Shown: positions 18,492 to 28,215 of the stretch, one piece after another
Layout: every line of letters starts with the position of its first letter
Position numbering within the stretch: position 1 is the stretch's first letter
NCBI GenBank assembly: GCA_963832875.1
Contig: CAWHWB010000014.1
Span: forward strand, 992 to 64,991
Length of the DNA: 64,000 bases
Reading direction: 5' to 3'
Source: an uncultured Alphaproteobacteria bacterium
GTDB lineage: Bacteria; Pseudomonadota; Alphaproteobacteria; ATCC43930; CGMCC-115725
The notes under the pieces: model-generated
Database searches by the model: none
What the model was told of the DNA's origin: nothing
The model's input: only the letters and a program-made list of their open reading frames with translations
Made by a program: the position numbers and the translations under genes

Positions 18492-19967
18492 TCAGGCCTT
18501 TTCGCCCGGTGGCGGTGCGACCGTCCGGCGCGGGGCCCACGGCACCTCGCGAATGTGGTCGAGATCGATCGCCGGCATCGCCACGCTCAGCGAGCGCGCG
18601 ACCCGATTGGCAAGACCATTGTAGTCTTCGAAACTGCGGCGCAGGCGGCCGCGCCAAGCCGGGACGCCGCCGCTGGCGTGCAGCTCGAACGCGGATTCAC
18701 GGCCGTCGAGCGCCGAGGACACGTGGTCCCAGGCCATCTGCAGCAGGGCCGCGCGCTGCAGCGCGGTGTAGCCGCCGCCGCCAAAGGACTCCGCGAGACC
18801 CTCGGCGATTTCGGGAGCGGCGAGGTCGCGGTCGGATGGGGCCACCACCAGCGACGACCCGGGAACAATGCGCAGGATCTCGGCCATGCGCGGGCGCGCC
18901 CTCAGGATCGCGAGGCCGCCGGCCGCCAGATGGGCATGGTTGGGGACGCAATAGCCGCTCGAGGTGAACCGCGGGTCGCGCTCGCAAGCTGTCAGGCAGC
19001 TGCGCACGGTCTGCACCTCGATTGTCAGGTCGAGCAGGTAGTCTAGCGTCTGATCGTGTTTGGCGAGCCCCATCGCATGAGCGAGGGCCAGCGCCAGGCC
19101 GAGGGTGAACTCGGCCTTTGACAGCCAGCCGCAGAGGTGGTGCCAGATCAGCCAACGCACCACCGGCTCCGGCGACTGGCCCAGCAGAAACACCTGCTCC
19201 CACGGGATCGACACGTCCTCGAGCCACATCTGGCCGTCGAGCTCGTCGAAGCGGCTGGAGAGCGGCGCCACGAACGGGTTCGCGTCGCGCACCGCGATCT
19301 TGCGGCAGAGCGTGGTGACGCCCGGCGCGGCGACCGGCACGATAAAGGTCGCGAAATGCTCGCCGATCTTCAGGCCCGAGATGCTGCCGACATAGACGTC
19401 TTCGGCATAGGCCGGACTCGTATGCATGCCGATCTTGCCGCTGACGACGATCCCGGCATCGGTCTCGCGCACGATCTTTAACGCGGCGCGGTCGGCCGGG
19501 TTCTCGCGCAGGCGATAGCCGATCGTTGGCGCGCCGCCGCAAAACGTCAGAAACCGCCCGGTCTCGGCGATCATCGCGCGATAATGGGCGGCGTCGGCAG
19601 CCTGCTCGGGCGAAACGCGGGCCTCCTCGACCGATGCCTGGACGCCGAGCGCGATCATGTGGCCGTAGCACGGCGTGTGGGTGATGTTGCCGGCCGAAAG
19701 GAACGTAGTCGCCGCAAAGAACCGCCCCATGCCGCCGAGGTCGTCGGCGCTCCGCGGCACGACATAGGCCCAGGGTGTCGCGTCTTCCGGCCGCAGCACG
19801 GTGTCTCGCCATGCCGGGTCGCGCAGAAGGTCGTACCAGGCGACGTATTCGTCGACCATCGCGCGGGTCGCCGGATGCGTCGTTACATCCTCGATCATCC
19901 CCTCGCCCATGACCCAGACCCGGCGCCCGTCGCGCAACGCCCGCCGATACTCAGCCCCTGTTCTCAT
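18492..19967 (-). CDS. 4-hydroxyphenylacetate 3-hydroxylase (HpaB) family protein
   Basis: ATG at 19967 after aggaaaaa. Starts MRTGAEYRRALRDGRRVWVMGE, then THPATRAMVDEY, FLSAGNITHTPCYGHM and GKIGMHTSPAYAEDVYV, with a long C-terminal HpaB_C-like region. Confidence 0.8.
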   Translation of the reverse strand: MRTGAEYRRALRDGRRVWVMGEGMIEDVTTHPATRAMVDEYVAWYDLLRDPAWRDTVLRPEDATPWAYVVPRSADDLGGMGRFFAATTFLSAGNITHTPCYGHMIALGVQASVEEARVSPEQAADAAHYRAMIAETGRFLTFCGGAPTIGYRLRENPADRAALKIVRETDAGIVVSGKIGMHTSPAYAEDVYVGSISGLKIGEHFATFIVPVAAPGVTTLCRKIAVRDANPFVAPLSSRFDELDGQMWLEDVSIPWEQVFLLGQSPEPVVRWLIWHHLCGWLSKAEFTLGLALALAHAMGLAKHDQTLDYLLDLTIEVQTVRSCLTACERDPRFTSSGYCVPNHAHLAAGGLAILRARPRMAEILRIVPGSSLVVAPSDRDLAAPEIAEGLAESFGGGGYTALQRAALLQMAWDHVSSALDGRESAFELHASGGVPAWRGRLRRSFEDYNGLANRVARSLSVAMPAIDLDHIREVPWAPRRTVAPPPGEKA

Positions 19968-20177
19968 GTCTTTTTCCTGCGCGGCCTGTTGATGCTGCCG
20001 CCGACAGGTGTAACCCGCGCCGTCGCCTCGGCCAAACGCGGAATCAGCCGATCCGAGGGTGAGATTTGACCGCCACAGCCCCAAGCCCCCGTGGCCGCGC
20101 TTGTCCCCACGGCTGCCCGGCTCAGGAAATTCGGTTGCGAGTCAATCGACTGCAACTACTCCGGATCCCCGCGGCCG

Positions 20178-20255
20178 GGCTTGATCGCGCAGCGCACCAT
20201 GCTGATCAACGCACTGCGCGGTCACATGGCGGAATTCGGCATCGTAGCCGCCAAG
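20178..20255 (+). pseudogene. IS110-family transposase, short C-terminal fragment
   Basis: GLIAQRTMLINALRGHMAEFGIVAAK resembles the conserved QRT.L.N.LRG.L.EFG block of IS110 transposases. No other part of the gene is present. Confidence 0.45.
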
Positions 20256-20330
20256 AGCCTGCCCTCGCGCAAGCTGAGGGCCAACGACTTGGGACTCAAG
20301 CCTTCGGAATTGTTTTCGGGTCGGGCTCTT

Positions 20331-20915
20331 TCAGCGCTTGGAGAATTGGAAGCTGCGGCGGGCCTTGGCCTTGCCGTACTTCTTGCGCTCGACGACGCGG
20401 CTGTCGCGGGTCAGGAACCCCTGGCTCTTCAGCAATGGGCGAAGGCCGGGTTCGTAATAGGTCAGGGCCTTGCTGATGCCGTGGCGCACCGCACCCGCCT
20501 GGCCGGAGAGGCCGCCGCCCTTGACCGTGCAGACGACATCGAACTGGCCGAGCCGGTTCGACGCGACAAAGGGCTGGTTGATCAGCATGCGCAGCACTGG
20601 GCGCGCGAAATAGACCGGGCTTTCCCGCTCGTTGACCTTGATCGCCCCGTTGCCGGGCTTGATCCACACCCGGGCGACCGCGTTCTTGCGCTTGCCCGTG
20701 GCATAGGCGCGGCCGAACGCATCGAGCCGCGGCTGCACATCGACCGGCATCGCTGCCGTCGGAGCGGGCGCCAGGGCCGGCGCGGTGCGCGCCGCCTGCA
20801 TCGCCTGGCGCAGGCTGCCCAGACCCTGAAAGGTCTGGCCGCCGGCGCGTTGTCCCGCGGGCGGGCCAGCGGGCTGACCTGGCGGCGGATTGGTCGGTTG
20901 ATCGTTGTCGGCCAT
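20331..20915 (-). CDS. rpsI: 30S ribosomal protein S9
   Basis: [17 protein letters not shown]...[19 protein letters not shown]...[28 protein letters not shown] at 20915 after aagggtg. Has an unusually long Pro/Gly/Gln-rich N-terminus. Confidence 0.95.
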   Translation of the reverse strand: MADNDQPTNPPPGQPAGPPAGQRAGGQTFQGLGSLRQAMQAARTAPALAPAPTAAMPVDVQPRLDAFGRAYATGKRKNAVARVWIKPGNGAIKVNERESPVYFARPVLRMLINQPFVASNRLGQFDVVCTVKGGGLSGQAGAVRHGISKALTYYEPGLRPLLKSQGFLTRDSRVVERKKYGKAKARRSFQFSKR

Positions 20916-20920
20916 CGTCG

Positions 20921-21382
20921 TCACACCCTTACATTCTTGCGGTTCATCGCGCCGACATCGAGCGGGATCGGCTGCTGCGCCGCGTGCGGGTGATCGGGCC
21001 CGGCAAATACCCGTAGGTTCTTCATGACGCGGCGCCCAAGCGGCCCGCGCGGCACCATCCGCTCGACCGCCTTCTCGACCACCCGCTCTGGGTGCTTGCC
21101 GGCGAGGATGGCACCCTTGCTACGCCCCTTGATGCCGCCCGGATACCCGGTGTGCCAGTAAAAGATGTCGTCCCGGCGCTTGTTGCCGGTCAGCTCGACC
21201 TTTTCGGCGTTGACGACGATGATGTTGTCGCCGCAATCCATGTGCGGGGTGTAGCTGGGCTTGTGCTTGCCGCGCAAACGGGAGGCGAGGATCGCGGCGA
21301 GCCGTCCCAGCACCAGACCCTCGGCATCGACCAGCAGCCACTTTTTCTCGATATCGGACGGCTTTGCGGAAAAGGTCTTCAT
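20921..21382 (-). CDS. rplM: 50S ribosomal protein L13
   Basis: [52 protein letters not shown]...[11 protein letters not shown]. Confidence 0.95.
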   Translation of the reverse strand: MKTFSAKPSDIEKKWLLVDAEGLVLGRLAAILASRLRGKHKPSYTPHMDCGDNIIVVNAEKVELTGNKRRDDIFYWHTGYPGGIKGRSKGAILAGKHPERVVEKAVERMVPRGPLGRRVMKNLRVFAGPDHPHAAQQPIPLDVGAMNRKNVRV

Positions 21383-21497
21383 CGCGCTCGCCAGAAACAT
21401 CCGGCTCCCGCGTTCGTGCAGGCCCGGCAGACGCGCCCATTTAGGCGTTCGGCGCGCTCCGGTCAAGGCGCGCGCCGCAGCACCGGGCGGAAGCCCC

Positions 21498-24179
21498 TCA
21501 GGCCAGGCTCTTCGACACCATCTCGTAGGTGTTCTTGCTGAGGCCGGGCGTGGCGAGCACGCGTTCGAGCTGGCCCCGCATCAGGGCCTGGCGCGCCTGG
21601 TCGTGGCGGCGCCAGGTACCGAGCGGCTGGACTAGCCGCGCCGCAGTCGTCGGGTTGCCCGGGTCGATGGCGATCACCTCGTCGGCCAGAAGCGCGTAGC
21701 CGGCGCCGCTGGGATCGTGAAAACGCACCGGGTTGCCCTGGGCGAAGGCGCCGAAGAGGGCGCGCACCCGGTTCGGGTTCTTGCGGTCATAGGCCGGGTG
21801 TGCTGCGAGTTCGCGCACCCGCTGCGGGGTTTCCGGCAATGACGAGCGCGCCTGCAGGCCGAACCATTTGTCGACGACCAGCGGGTCGTGCGACCAGGTC
21901 GCGAAGAACTGCGCCAGCGCCCCCGGCCGTTCCGGCCGGTCGAGGTCGGCCAAGACCGTCAATGCCGCTAAGACGTCGGTCATATTGGCGGCGGCGTCGA
22001 ATTGTGCCTTGGCGAGGGCAGCTCCCCGGTCCGGATCGGCGGTGGCGAGATAGGCGAGGCATGCGTTGCGCAACGCCCGCCGGCCGATCGCCAGGCCGTC
22101 GATCCGATAGGGGCCGGAAGCGGCCAGCGCTCCATAGGCGGCGGCGAACTCGGCGGTGAGCGCCCGGCCGATCTCGGAGCGGGCGGTCTCGCGCGCGGCA
22201 TGCACGGCGTCAACGTCGACCACGGCGAGCTGGTCGGCGAGAAACGACTCGCTCGGCAGCGCCAACGCCTCGGCGGCAAATGCCGGGTCCTCTCCGGCGT
22301 CGGCCAGATTGCGCCGCATCGCCGTCACTAGGTCGGGGTCGAGCGGCGCCGGCGACGTGCCGCGGCGCAGCGCCTCGACCCGGTCGAGCAAGGCGCGGGA
22401 CGCGACCTGCTGCCCCGCTTCCCAGCGGGCGAACGGCTCGGGATCGTACACCGCCAGAAATTTGAGCCGGTCGAGCGCCATCCCCCTCAATTTGACCGGC
22501 GCCGAAAAACCGCGCAGCAAGGACGGCACCGGCGGCTCCGGCAGGCCGACAAAGCGAAAGCTCTGCCGTTCCTCGGTCAGCGCCAGCACCCGCGTCCCCG
22601 GCCGGCCCTCACCCGCGCTCTCGCCCCCGTCCTCGCCCGCGAGCCGCATCGGCAATTCGGCGCCGCCCGCCGCCAAGAGGCCCACCGCCAGCGGGATCGG
22701 CATCGGCGATTTCTCGGGCTGCCCCGGCGTTGGCGGCACCTTCTGCGCGACATTCAGCTCATAGCTGCCGGTCGCCGCGTCCCAGCGATCGTCCACGGTG
22801 AGCTCGGGCGTGCCGGCCTGCTCGTACCACAGCCGGAACCGGCCGAGATCGATTCCGCTCGCCTCCTGCATCGCGGCGACGAAATCCTCGATCGTAGCGG
22901 CGTGGTTGTCGTGCCGGCGGATATAGAGATCCATGCCGCGGCGAAACCCGTCCCTGCCAAGTAGGGTTTGGATCATCCGGATCACCTCGGCGCCCTTGTT
23001 GTAGACCGTCGGCGTATAGAAATTGTCGATTCTGAGGTAGCTCTGCGGCCGCACCGGATGGGCCAGCGGCCCGTCGTCCTCGGGAAACTGGATCGCGCGC
23101 AGGGTGCGCACCTCGCCGATGCGCTTGACCGCGCGGCTCCCCTGGTCGGCCGAGAATTCTTGGTCGCGGAATACGGTCAGCCCCTCCTTCAGCGACAATT
23201 GGAACCAGTCGCGGCAGGTGACCCGGTTGCCGGTCCAGTTGTGGAAGTATTCGTGGGCGATCACCGACTCGATGCCCTGATAGTCGGCGTCGGTCGCGGT
23301 CTCCGGCTTGGCCAATACATAGCGCGTGTTGAAGATGTTGAGGCTCTTGTTTTCCATCGCCCCCATGTTGAAGTCGCTGACCGCGACGATGTTAAACACA
23401 TCGAGATCGTATTCGAGGCCGAACACCTCTTCGTCCCAGCGCATTGCCTTTTTCAAGGACGCCATCGCGTGGCCGCATTTGTCCTCGTCGCCGCGCCTGA
23501 CCCAAATCGCGAGCGCCACCTCGCGGCCCGAGCAGGTGGTGAAACGGTCGCGCACCGCGACCAGATCGCCCGCGACCAGCGCGAACAGATAGGAGGGCTT
23601 GGGGTGCGGATCGACCCATTTCGCCCAATGCAGCCCACCCTCGGCCTCGCCGCTGCCGGCGGGATTGCCGTTCGACAGCAGCACCGGAAATAGCATCTTG
23701 TCGGCGACGATCGTCGTCGTGTAGCGCGCCATCACATCCGGCCGGTCGATAAAATAGGTGATCCGGCGAAACCCCTCGGGCTCGCATTGGGTGCAGAAAT
23801 TGCCACCGGACATGTAGAGCCCCGACAGCGCCGTATTCTTGTCGGGCGCAATCCGGGTCTCGACCTCGAGCGTGAATGCGTCCGGCACCCCGTCGATCAC
23901 CAGCCCGCCGTTCTCCGGTAGCCGATAGCGGTTGGGGCCGAGCGCCTCGCCGTCGAGCGCCAGCGACACCAACTCCAGCTCCTCGCCGTCGAGCTGCAAT
24001 GGCGCGCTCTTGTCGGACCCCGCCGGGTTGCGCCGGATGGCGAGCTTCGCCTTGACCCGCGTCTCAGCGTCCCGCAGCGCGAAAACCAGCTCGACCGTAT
24101 CGACCAGAAACTCGGACGGTCGGTAATCCGCGAGCCGCACCGGCTGCGGCACCGCCAAATCAGGGGAAACATCGAGCAT
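21498..24179 (-). CDS. pepN: Aminopeptidase N
   Basis: 893 aa. Contains [12 protein letters not shown] and the zinc motif [34 protein letters not shown]. Confidence 0.95.
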   Translation of the reverse strand: MLDVSPDLAVPQPVRLADYRPSEFLVDTVELVFALRDAETRVKAKLAIRRNPAGSDKSAPLQLDGEELELVSLALDGEALGPNRYRLPENGGLVIDGVPDAFTLEVETRIAPDKNTALSGLYMSGGNFCTQCEPEGFRRITYFIDRPDVMARYTTTIVADKMLFPVLLSNGNPAGSGEAEGGLHWAKWVDPHPKPSYLFALVAGDLVAVRDRFTTCSGREVALAIWVRRGDEDKCGHAMASLKKAMRWDEEVFGLEYDLDVFNIVAVSDFNMGAMENKSLNIFNTRYVLAKPETATDADYQGIESVIAHEYFHNWTGNRVTCRDWFQLSLKEGLTVFRDQEFSADQGSRAVKRIGEVRTLRAIQFPEDDGPLAHPVRPQSYLRIDNFYTPTVYNKGAEVIRMIQTLLGRDGFRRGMDLYIRRHDNHAATIEDFVAAMQEASGIDLGRFRLWYEQAGTPELTVDDRWDAATGSYELNVAQKVPPTPGQPEKSPMPIPLAVGLLAAGGAELPMRLAGEDGGESAGEGRPGTRVLALTEERQSFRFVGLPEPPVPSLLRGFSAPVKLRGMALDRLKFLAVYDPEPFARWEAGQQVASRALLDRVEALRRGTSPAPLDPDLVTAMRRNLADAGEDPAFAAEALALPSESFLADQLAVVDVDAVHAARETARSEIGRALTAEFAAAYGALAASGPYRIDGLAIGRRALRNACLAYLATADPDRGAALAKAQFDAAANMTDVLAALTVLADLDRPERPGALAQFFATWSHDPLVVDKWFGLQARSSLPETPQRVRELAAHPAYDRKNPNRVRALFGAFAQGNPVRFHDPSGAGYALLADEVIAIDPGNPTTAARLVQPLGTWRRHDQARQALMRGQLERVLATPGLSKNTYEMVSKSLA

Positions 24180-24202
24180 CGGGTTCTCTGCCGCAGACCT
24201 GT

Positions 24203-24239
24203 TTGAGAGGCCCCCACCCTAGCCCTCCGCCGCTCTCAA
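24203..24239. repeat. REP-like element, copy 2 (opposite orientation, right half only), flanked by a 7-bp inverted repeat
   Basis: In ttgagag gcccccaccctagccctccgccg ctctcaa, the reverse complement ggagggctagggtggggg matches ggagggttagggtgggg of copy 1. Confidence 0.45.
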
Positions 24240-24338
24240 GAAAATCCCCGCGGTCTCGCCCCGGGTTCGCGAGATGCCTTCCCGCGGACCTCGACCAGGT
24301 CACAAGAACCCTTCGATCCGCCGGCTTCGGGCGGGCGC

Positions 24339-25700
24339 TCAGCGGCCGGCGAGCAGCCGGTCGACCATGATCGGGGCGGCGCCGAGATAGTGGGCGGGGT
24401 CGGTCAGGATGCGCAGCTGGTCGGGACCGAGGGGGCCAGCGACAGCCGGGGTTTCGAGGAGCACGTCCAAGAGGGGACGATCGGTCTCGATCGCCTGCCG
24501 GCAGGCGTCGTAGACGAGATCGTGCGCCTCGTTGCGGCCGATCACTGGCGCCAGTCCCATCATCACCGCCTCGGCGACGATCAGGCCGTGGGTCATGCCG
24601 AGGTTCTGGGCCATGCGCACAGGGTCGACGATCAGCCCGCCCAGCAGAAAGCGCGACTGATGGAGCGCGCCGGCGGCATAGGCGAAAGCCTCGGGCACGG
24701 CCACCCATTCAACGTGCCAGGGGCCGGTCGCCCGCTCGAAATCGGCGACCATCGCGTCGAGCACGAGGCCTGCGTGCTGGCGCAACACCTTGGCGGCGGC
24801 GAGGATCAGCTCGCACGAGATCGGGTTGCGCTTTTGCGGCATTGTCGAGCTCGAGCCGCGGCCGGCGATAAACGGCTCGGCCGCCTCGCCGAACTCGGTC
24901 GCCGACATCAGCATCACGTCGAACGCGATCTTGCCCAGGCTGCCGCCGACCAGGGCCAGCAGCTGCACGGCCTCGGAGATGCCGTCGCGGGCGACATGCC
25001 AGGTGATCGGCGGGTCGCCGAGCCCGAGTTCGCGGGCGAGCTCGGTGCGGCTGCGGATCGCCGCTTGGCTCTCGCCGAGCGAGGCGAGCGTGCCGGCGGC
25101 ACCGCCGAACTGGGCCAGCAGCACGCGCGGGCGCAATTCGGCGAAGCGGGCGGCGTGGCGGTCGAGAGCCGAGAGCCAGACCGCGGCCTTATAGCCGAAG
25201 GTCACCGGCAGGGCGTGCTGCAGATGGGTACGGCCGGCCATCGGCGTGTCGCGATGCCGCCGGGCAAGATCGGCCAGATGGCCGCGAGCGGCGGCGAGGT
25301 CGGCTTCGAGCAGGTCGAGCCCGGCGCGGATCTGCAGCACCAGAGCGGTGTCCATGATGTCCTGGGTAGTGGCCCCCCAATGCAGCCAACGCCCGGCCTC
25401 GCCGGCACGCTCGGCCAGCTGGCGGACCAAGGGCAGGATCGGGTAGCCGACGGTCTCGGTCTCGCGCCGCAGGCGAGAGAGGTCGAGGACTTCAGGCTTG
25501 CCGGCGATACCGGCGGTCGCCTCGCTGATCGTCGCCGCGGCTTCGGCCGGGATCATGCCCAGGCGCGCCTGGGCGCGGGCGAGCGCCGCCTCGACCTCGG
25601 CGCAACGGGCGAGGAACGCCAAGTCGCCGAACACCGCGCGCATCGCCGCAGTGCCGAACATGTCGGCGAACACCGCCGAATCGAGGATGCCGATCGCCAT
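24339..25700 (-). CDS. Class II fumarase/aspartase superfamily lyase (3-carboxy-cis,cis-muconate cycloisomerase / adenylosuccinate lyase-like)
   Basis: 453 aa. Contains HWGATTQDIMDT, TPMAGRTHLQHALPVTFG and the signature GSSTMPQKRNP. Confidence 0.8.
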   Translation of the reverse strand: MAIGILDSAVFADMFGTAAMRAVFGDLAFLARCAEVEAALARAQARLGMIPAEAAATISEATAGIAGKPEVLDLSRLRRETETVGYPILPLVRQLAERAGEAGRWLHWGATTQDIMDTALVLQIRAGLDLLEADLAAARGHLADLARRHRDTPMAGRTHLQHALPVTFGYKAAVWLSALDRHAARFAELRPRVLLAQFGGAAGTLASLGESQAAIRSRTELARELGLGDPPITWHVARDGISEAVQLLALVGGSLGKIAFDVMLMSATEFGEAAEPFIAGRGSSSTMPQKRNPISCELILAAAKVLRQHAGLVLDAMVADFERATGPWHVEWVAVPEAFAYAAGALHQSRFLLGGLIVDPVRMAQNLGMTHGLIVAEAVMMGLAPVIGRNEAHDLVYDACRQAIETDRPLLDVLLETPAVAGPLGPDQLRILTDPAHYLGAAPIMVDRLLAGR

Positions 25701-25834
25701 GTTCGCCGTGCTTCCTTCCTCCGCTTCACCACACGTTCTGGCAAGTTGATTACAGTCCGAAAACTTACCTAGGTCGTCGTGACCGGGCTTGACGCGCTGA
25801 TCCCGACTTGGAGCTTCCGTCGGAAGTCGTGGAT

Positions 25835-25853
25835 GGCCGGATCAGGTCCGGCC
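25835..25853 (-). terminator. Possible stem-loop downstream of bpt (ggccgga-tcagg-tccggcc)
   Basis: Perfect 7-bp stem 14 nt past the bpt stop, next to a second palindrome cttccg-t-cggaag (25814-25826). No U-tract follows, so terminator function is uncertain. Confidence 0.25.
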
Positions 25854-25866
25854 AAGACGGGTTTGA

Positions 25867-26688
25867 CTAAAGAATAAAATGATCAGCGGCTTCACTCGGC
25901 GCGAACTCGACCCAGCCCTCGGCGGTCAGCTGCTCGAGCGCCGGGAAGCGCGCCTTGTAGGCCATTTTCGGGCTCTCGGCGATCCAATAGCCGAGATAGA
26001 CGAACGCCCGGCCATGCCGTCGGCAGTCCTCGACCAGCCGCAGGATGCTCCAGGTGCCGAGGCTGCGCTTTGTCTGATGCGGGTCGTAAAAGCTGTAGAC
26101 GGCCGAGACGCCGTCATCGAGCAAATCGATCAGCGAGGCGGCGAGGAGGGTCCCGGCGGCGTCGCGGAATTCGGCGATCCGGGTCTGCACCGGGCTGTCC
26201 TCGACCATTCCGCGGTAATCGGCGTAGGTCATCGTCGCCATCTCGCTGTCGCCGTGCCGCGTCCGCTGATAGGCCGAGAACAGCCGGAACTGCTCTGGCG
26301 TCGCGCGCGCGGCGGCGAGAGCGCCGCCCAGGTCACGATTGAGGTTGCGCACCCGACGGGTCGAGCGGGTGTGGTGAAAACGGGCGACGGCGATGCGCAC
26401 CGGCACGCAGGCGGTGCAAACGCGGCACGCCGGCCGATAGGCAAAGCGATGGCTGCGGCGGAACCCGGCGCGCGACAGCTCGTCGTAGAAGGCTGCCCCC
26501 TCGCTGCCGCCCAGCTCGACGATCAGCTTGCGTTCGGCGCGGCCCGGGACATAGGGGCAGGGCACCGGAGAGGTCGCAAAGAATTGGTGCAGCGGGGCGG
26601 CCACCACCGCCCGCGCCGGAGCCCGCCGGGGATTGCGCCAAAGCCGATCGCGGTTCTGCCGGTCGCCGCCCGCCGGACCGATATCCAT
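25867..26688 (-). CDS. bpt: Arginyl/leucyl-tRNA--protein transferase (Bpt/Ate family)
   Basis: FFATSPVPCPYVPGRAERKL, AGFRRSHRFAYRPACRVCTACVPVRI, SAVYSFYDP and YLGYWIAESPKMAYKARF. Confidence 0.85.
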   Translation of the reverse strand: MDIGPAGGDRQNRDRLWRNPRRAPARAVVAAPLHQFFATSPVPCPYVPGRAERKLIVELGGSEGAAFYDELSRAGFRRSHRFAYRPACRVCTACVPVRIAVARFHHTRSTRRVRNLNRDLGGALAAARATPEQFRLFSAYQRTRHGDSEMATMTYADYRGMVEDSPVQTRIAEFRDAAGTLLAASLIDLLDDGVSAVYSFYDPHQTKRSLGTWSILRLVEDCRRHGRAFVYLGYWIAESPKMAYKARFPALEQLTAEGWVEFAPSEAADHFIL

Positions 26689-26777
26689 TGCTCACCTCTT
26701 TTCGCCGCAGTTTTGCCCAAGTATGGACGACAGCACGGCTCGGGTGCCAGCCCCAAGCTGCCCGGCGGCACAACTGG

Positions 26778-27092
26778 TCAAGTCGGTCCCTTGGTCCAGT
26801 GAAACCCGGTCAGGATGTCGCCGTTGAAACGGCATTCGACCGCCAGATGGCGCGGCAGTGGCCCGTGCGGCGGCAGGTCGGTGCGCACCCCTTCGACATG
26901 GGCGACGATCGTCGTGATACTGGCGGCCGCGGCGTCGCTTTTGGTGATGTCGATGTCGGCGCCCGGATCGGCCTGCCGCATCAGATCGGCGCAGCGCTCG
27001 GCCATGCCGCCGGTCGGGGCAAGATGGCAGCCGCCCACCAAGCACAGCGAACTCGCCGCCAGGGCCGCTGAAACGCTACGAGTGCAAAGCAT
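26778..27092 (-). CDS. Hypothetical small lipoprotein
   Basis: 104 aa with a signal peptide and lipobox-like LVGGC. No recognisable family. Confidence 0.45.
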   Translation of the reverse strand: MLCTRSVSAALAASSLCLVGGCHLAPTGGMAERCADLMRQADPGADIDITKSDAAAASITTIVAHVEGVRTDLPPHGPLPRHLAVECRFNGDILTGFHWTKGPT

Positions 27093-27151
27093 CGCGACAT
27101 CCCGCGCGGTAAAGCGTTGAATGTCAAACTTGGCTCGCCGGGAGTAAAGCG

Positions 27152-28135
27152 ATGCATGCGCAACTGTTGACGGTAGCCGGTCAGCCCCTCGTCGCCGCGG
27201 AATTGTCGCCGCCGCGGCCGGGGCCCCAGCAGGTGCTGATCGCAGTCAAGGCCTGCGCCGTGTGCCGGACCGACCTGCACGTCCTGGATGGCGAACTGGC
27301 CGACCCCAAACTGCCGCTGGTGCTGGGGCACGAGATCGTCGGCAAAGTGGTCGAGAAAGGGCGCGAGGTCGACCGCTTTGCGATTGGCGACCGGGTCGGC
27401 GTGCCCTGGCTCGGCTGGACCTGCGGGGTGTGCGAATACTGCCGCAGCGGCCGGGAAAACTTGTGCGACCGCGCCCGCTTCACCGGCTACCAGATCGACG
27501 GCGGCTACGCCGAGCTGACCGTCGCCGACCAGCGCTATTGTTTTTCGATCGACCAGCGCTATAGCGATGTCGAGGCGGCGCCATTGATGTGCGCCGGGCT
27601 GATCGGCTATCGCACCTTGCGCATGGCCGGCGACGCACGCCGGGTCGGCATCTACGGGTTCGGCGCCGCCGCGCATATCGTCGCCCAGATTGCCCGCCAC
27701 GAGGGTCGGCGCATCTTCGCGTTCACCCGGGCGGGCGACGGCGCGGCGCAGAATTTCGCCCGCGGCCTCGGCGCCGAATGGGCCGGGGATTCGACGACGG
27801 GTCCGCCCGAGCCGCTCGACGCAGCCCTGATCTTTGCCCCGGTCGGGTCATTGGTGCCGGCCGCGCTCGCCGCCGTCAGGAAGGGCGGCACCGTCGTCTG
27901 CGGCGGTATCCATATGAGCGACATCCCGTCGTTTCGGTACGAAATTCTGTGGGAGGAGCGGGTATTGCGCTCGGTCGCCAATCTGACGCGGCGCGACGCC
28001 GAGGAATTTCTGGCGTTGGCGCCGCAGGCCGGGATCAAGACCGAGACAGTGTCCTATCCGCTGGCGCGAGCCAATGACGCGCTCGCCGACCTGCGCCGCG
28101 GCAAGCTGCAAGGAGCCGCAGTGCTGGCCCCTTGA
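27152..28135 (+). CDS. Zinc-dependent alcohol dehydrogenase
   Basis: CAVCRTDLHV, LGHEIVGKV, structural zinc cysteines CGVCEYCRSGRENLC, and Rossmann motif GIYGFGAAAH. Confidence 0.9.
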   Translation: MHAQLLTVAGQPLVAAELSPPRPGPQQVLIAVKACAVCRTDLHVLDGELADPKLPLVLGHEIVGKVVEKGREVDRFAIGDRVGVPWLGWTCGVCEYCRSGRENLCDRARFTGYQIDGGYAELTVADQRYCFSIDQRYSDVEAAPLMCAGLIGYRTLRMAGDARRVGIYGFGAAAHIVAQIARHEGRRIFAFTRAGDGAAQNFARGLGAEWAGDSTTGPPEPLDAALIFAPVGSLVPAALAAVRKGGTVVCGGIHMSDIPSFRYEILWEERVLRSVANLTRRDAEEFLALAPQAGIKTETVSYPLARANDALADLRRGKLQGAAVLAP

Positions 28136-28215
28136 CGCGGGTCGCATCGGCGCCGCTTGACCCGGCCCGGCGAATTGCGCGACAGACTGCTCCCCGATCA
28201 GGAGCCGGCGAGCCT

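Noticed and set aside
28132-28215. TTG start at 28132 overlapping the alcohol dehydrogenase stop (TTGA) as the VWA gene start.
   Set aside because: The extra 28 residues are Arg/Ala/Pro-rich and unlike the family N-terminus, which matches VFFSFFSELRAAKIP from GTG 28216. This start is not excluded.
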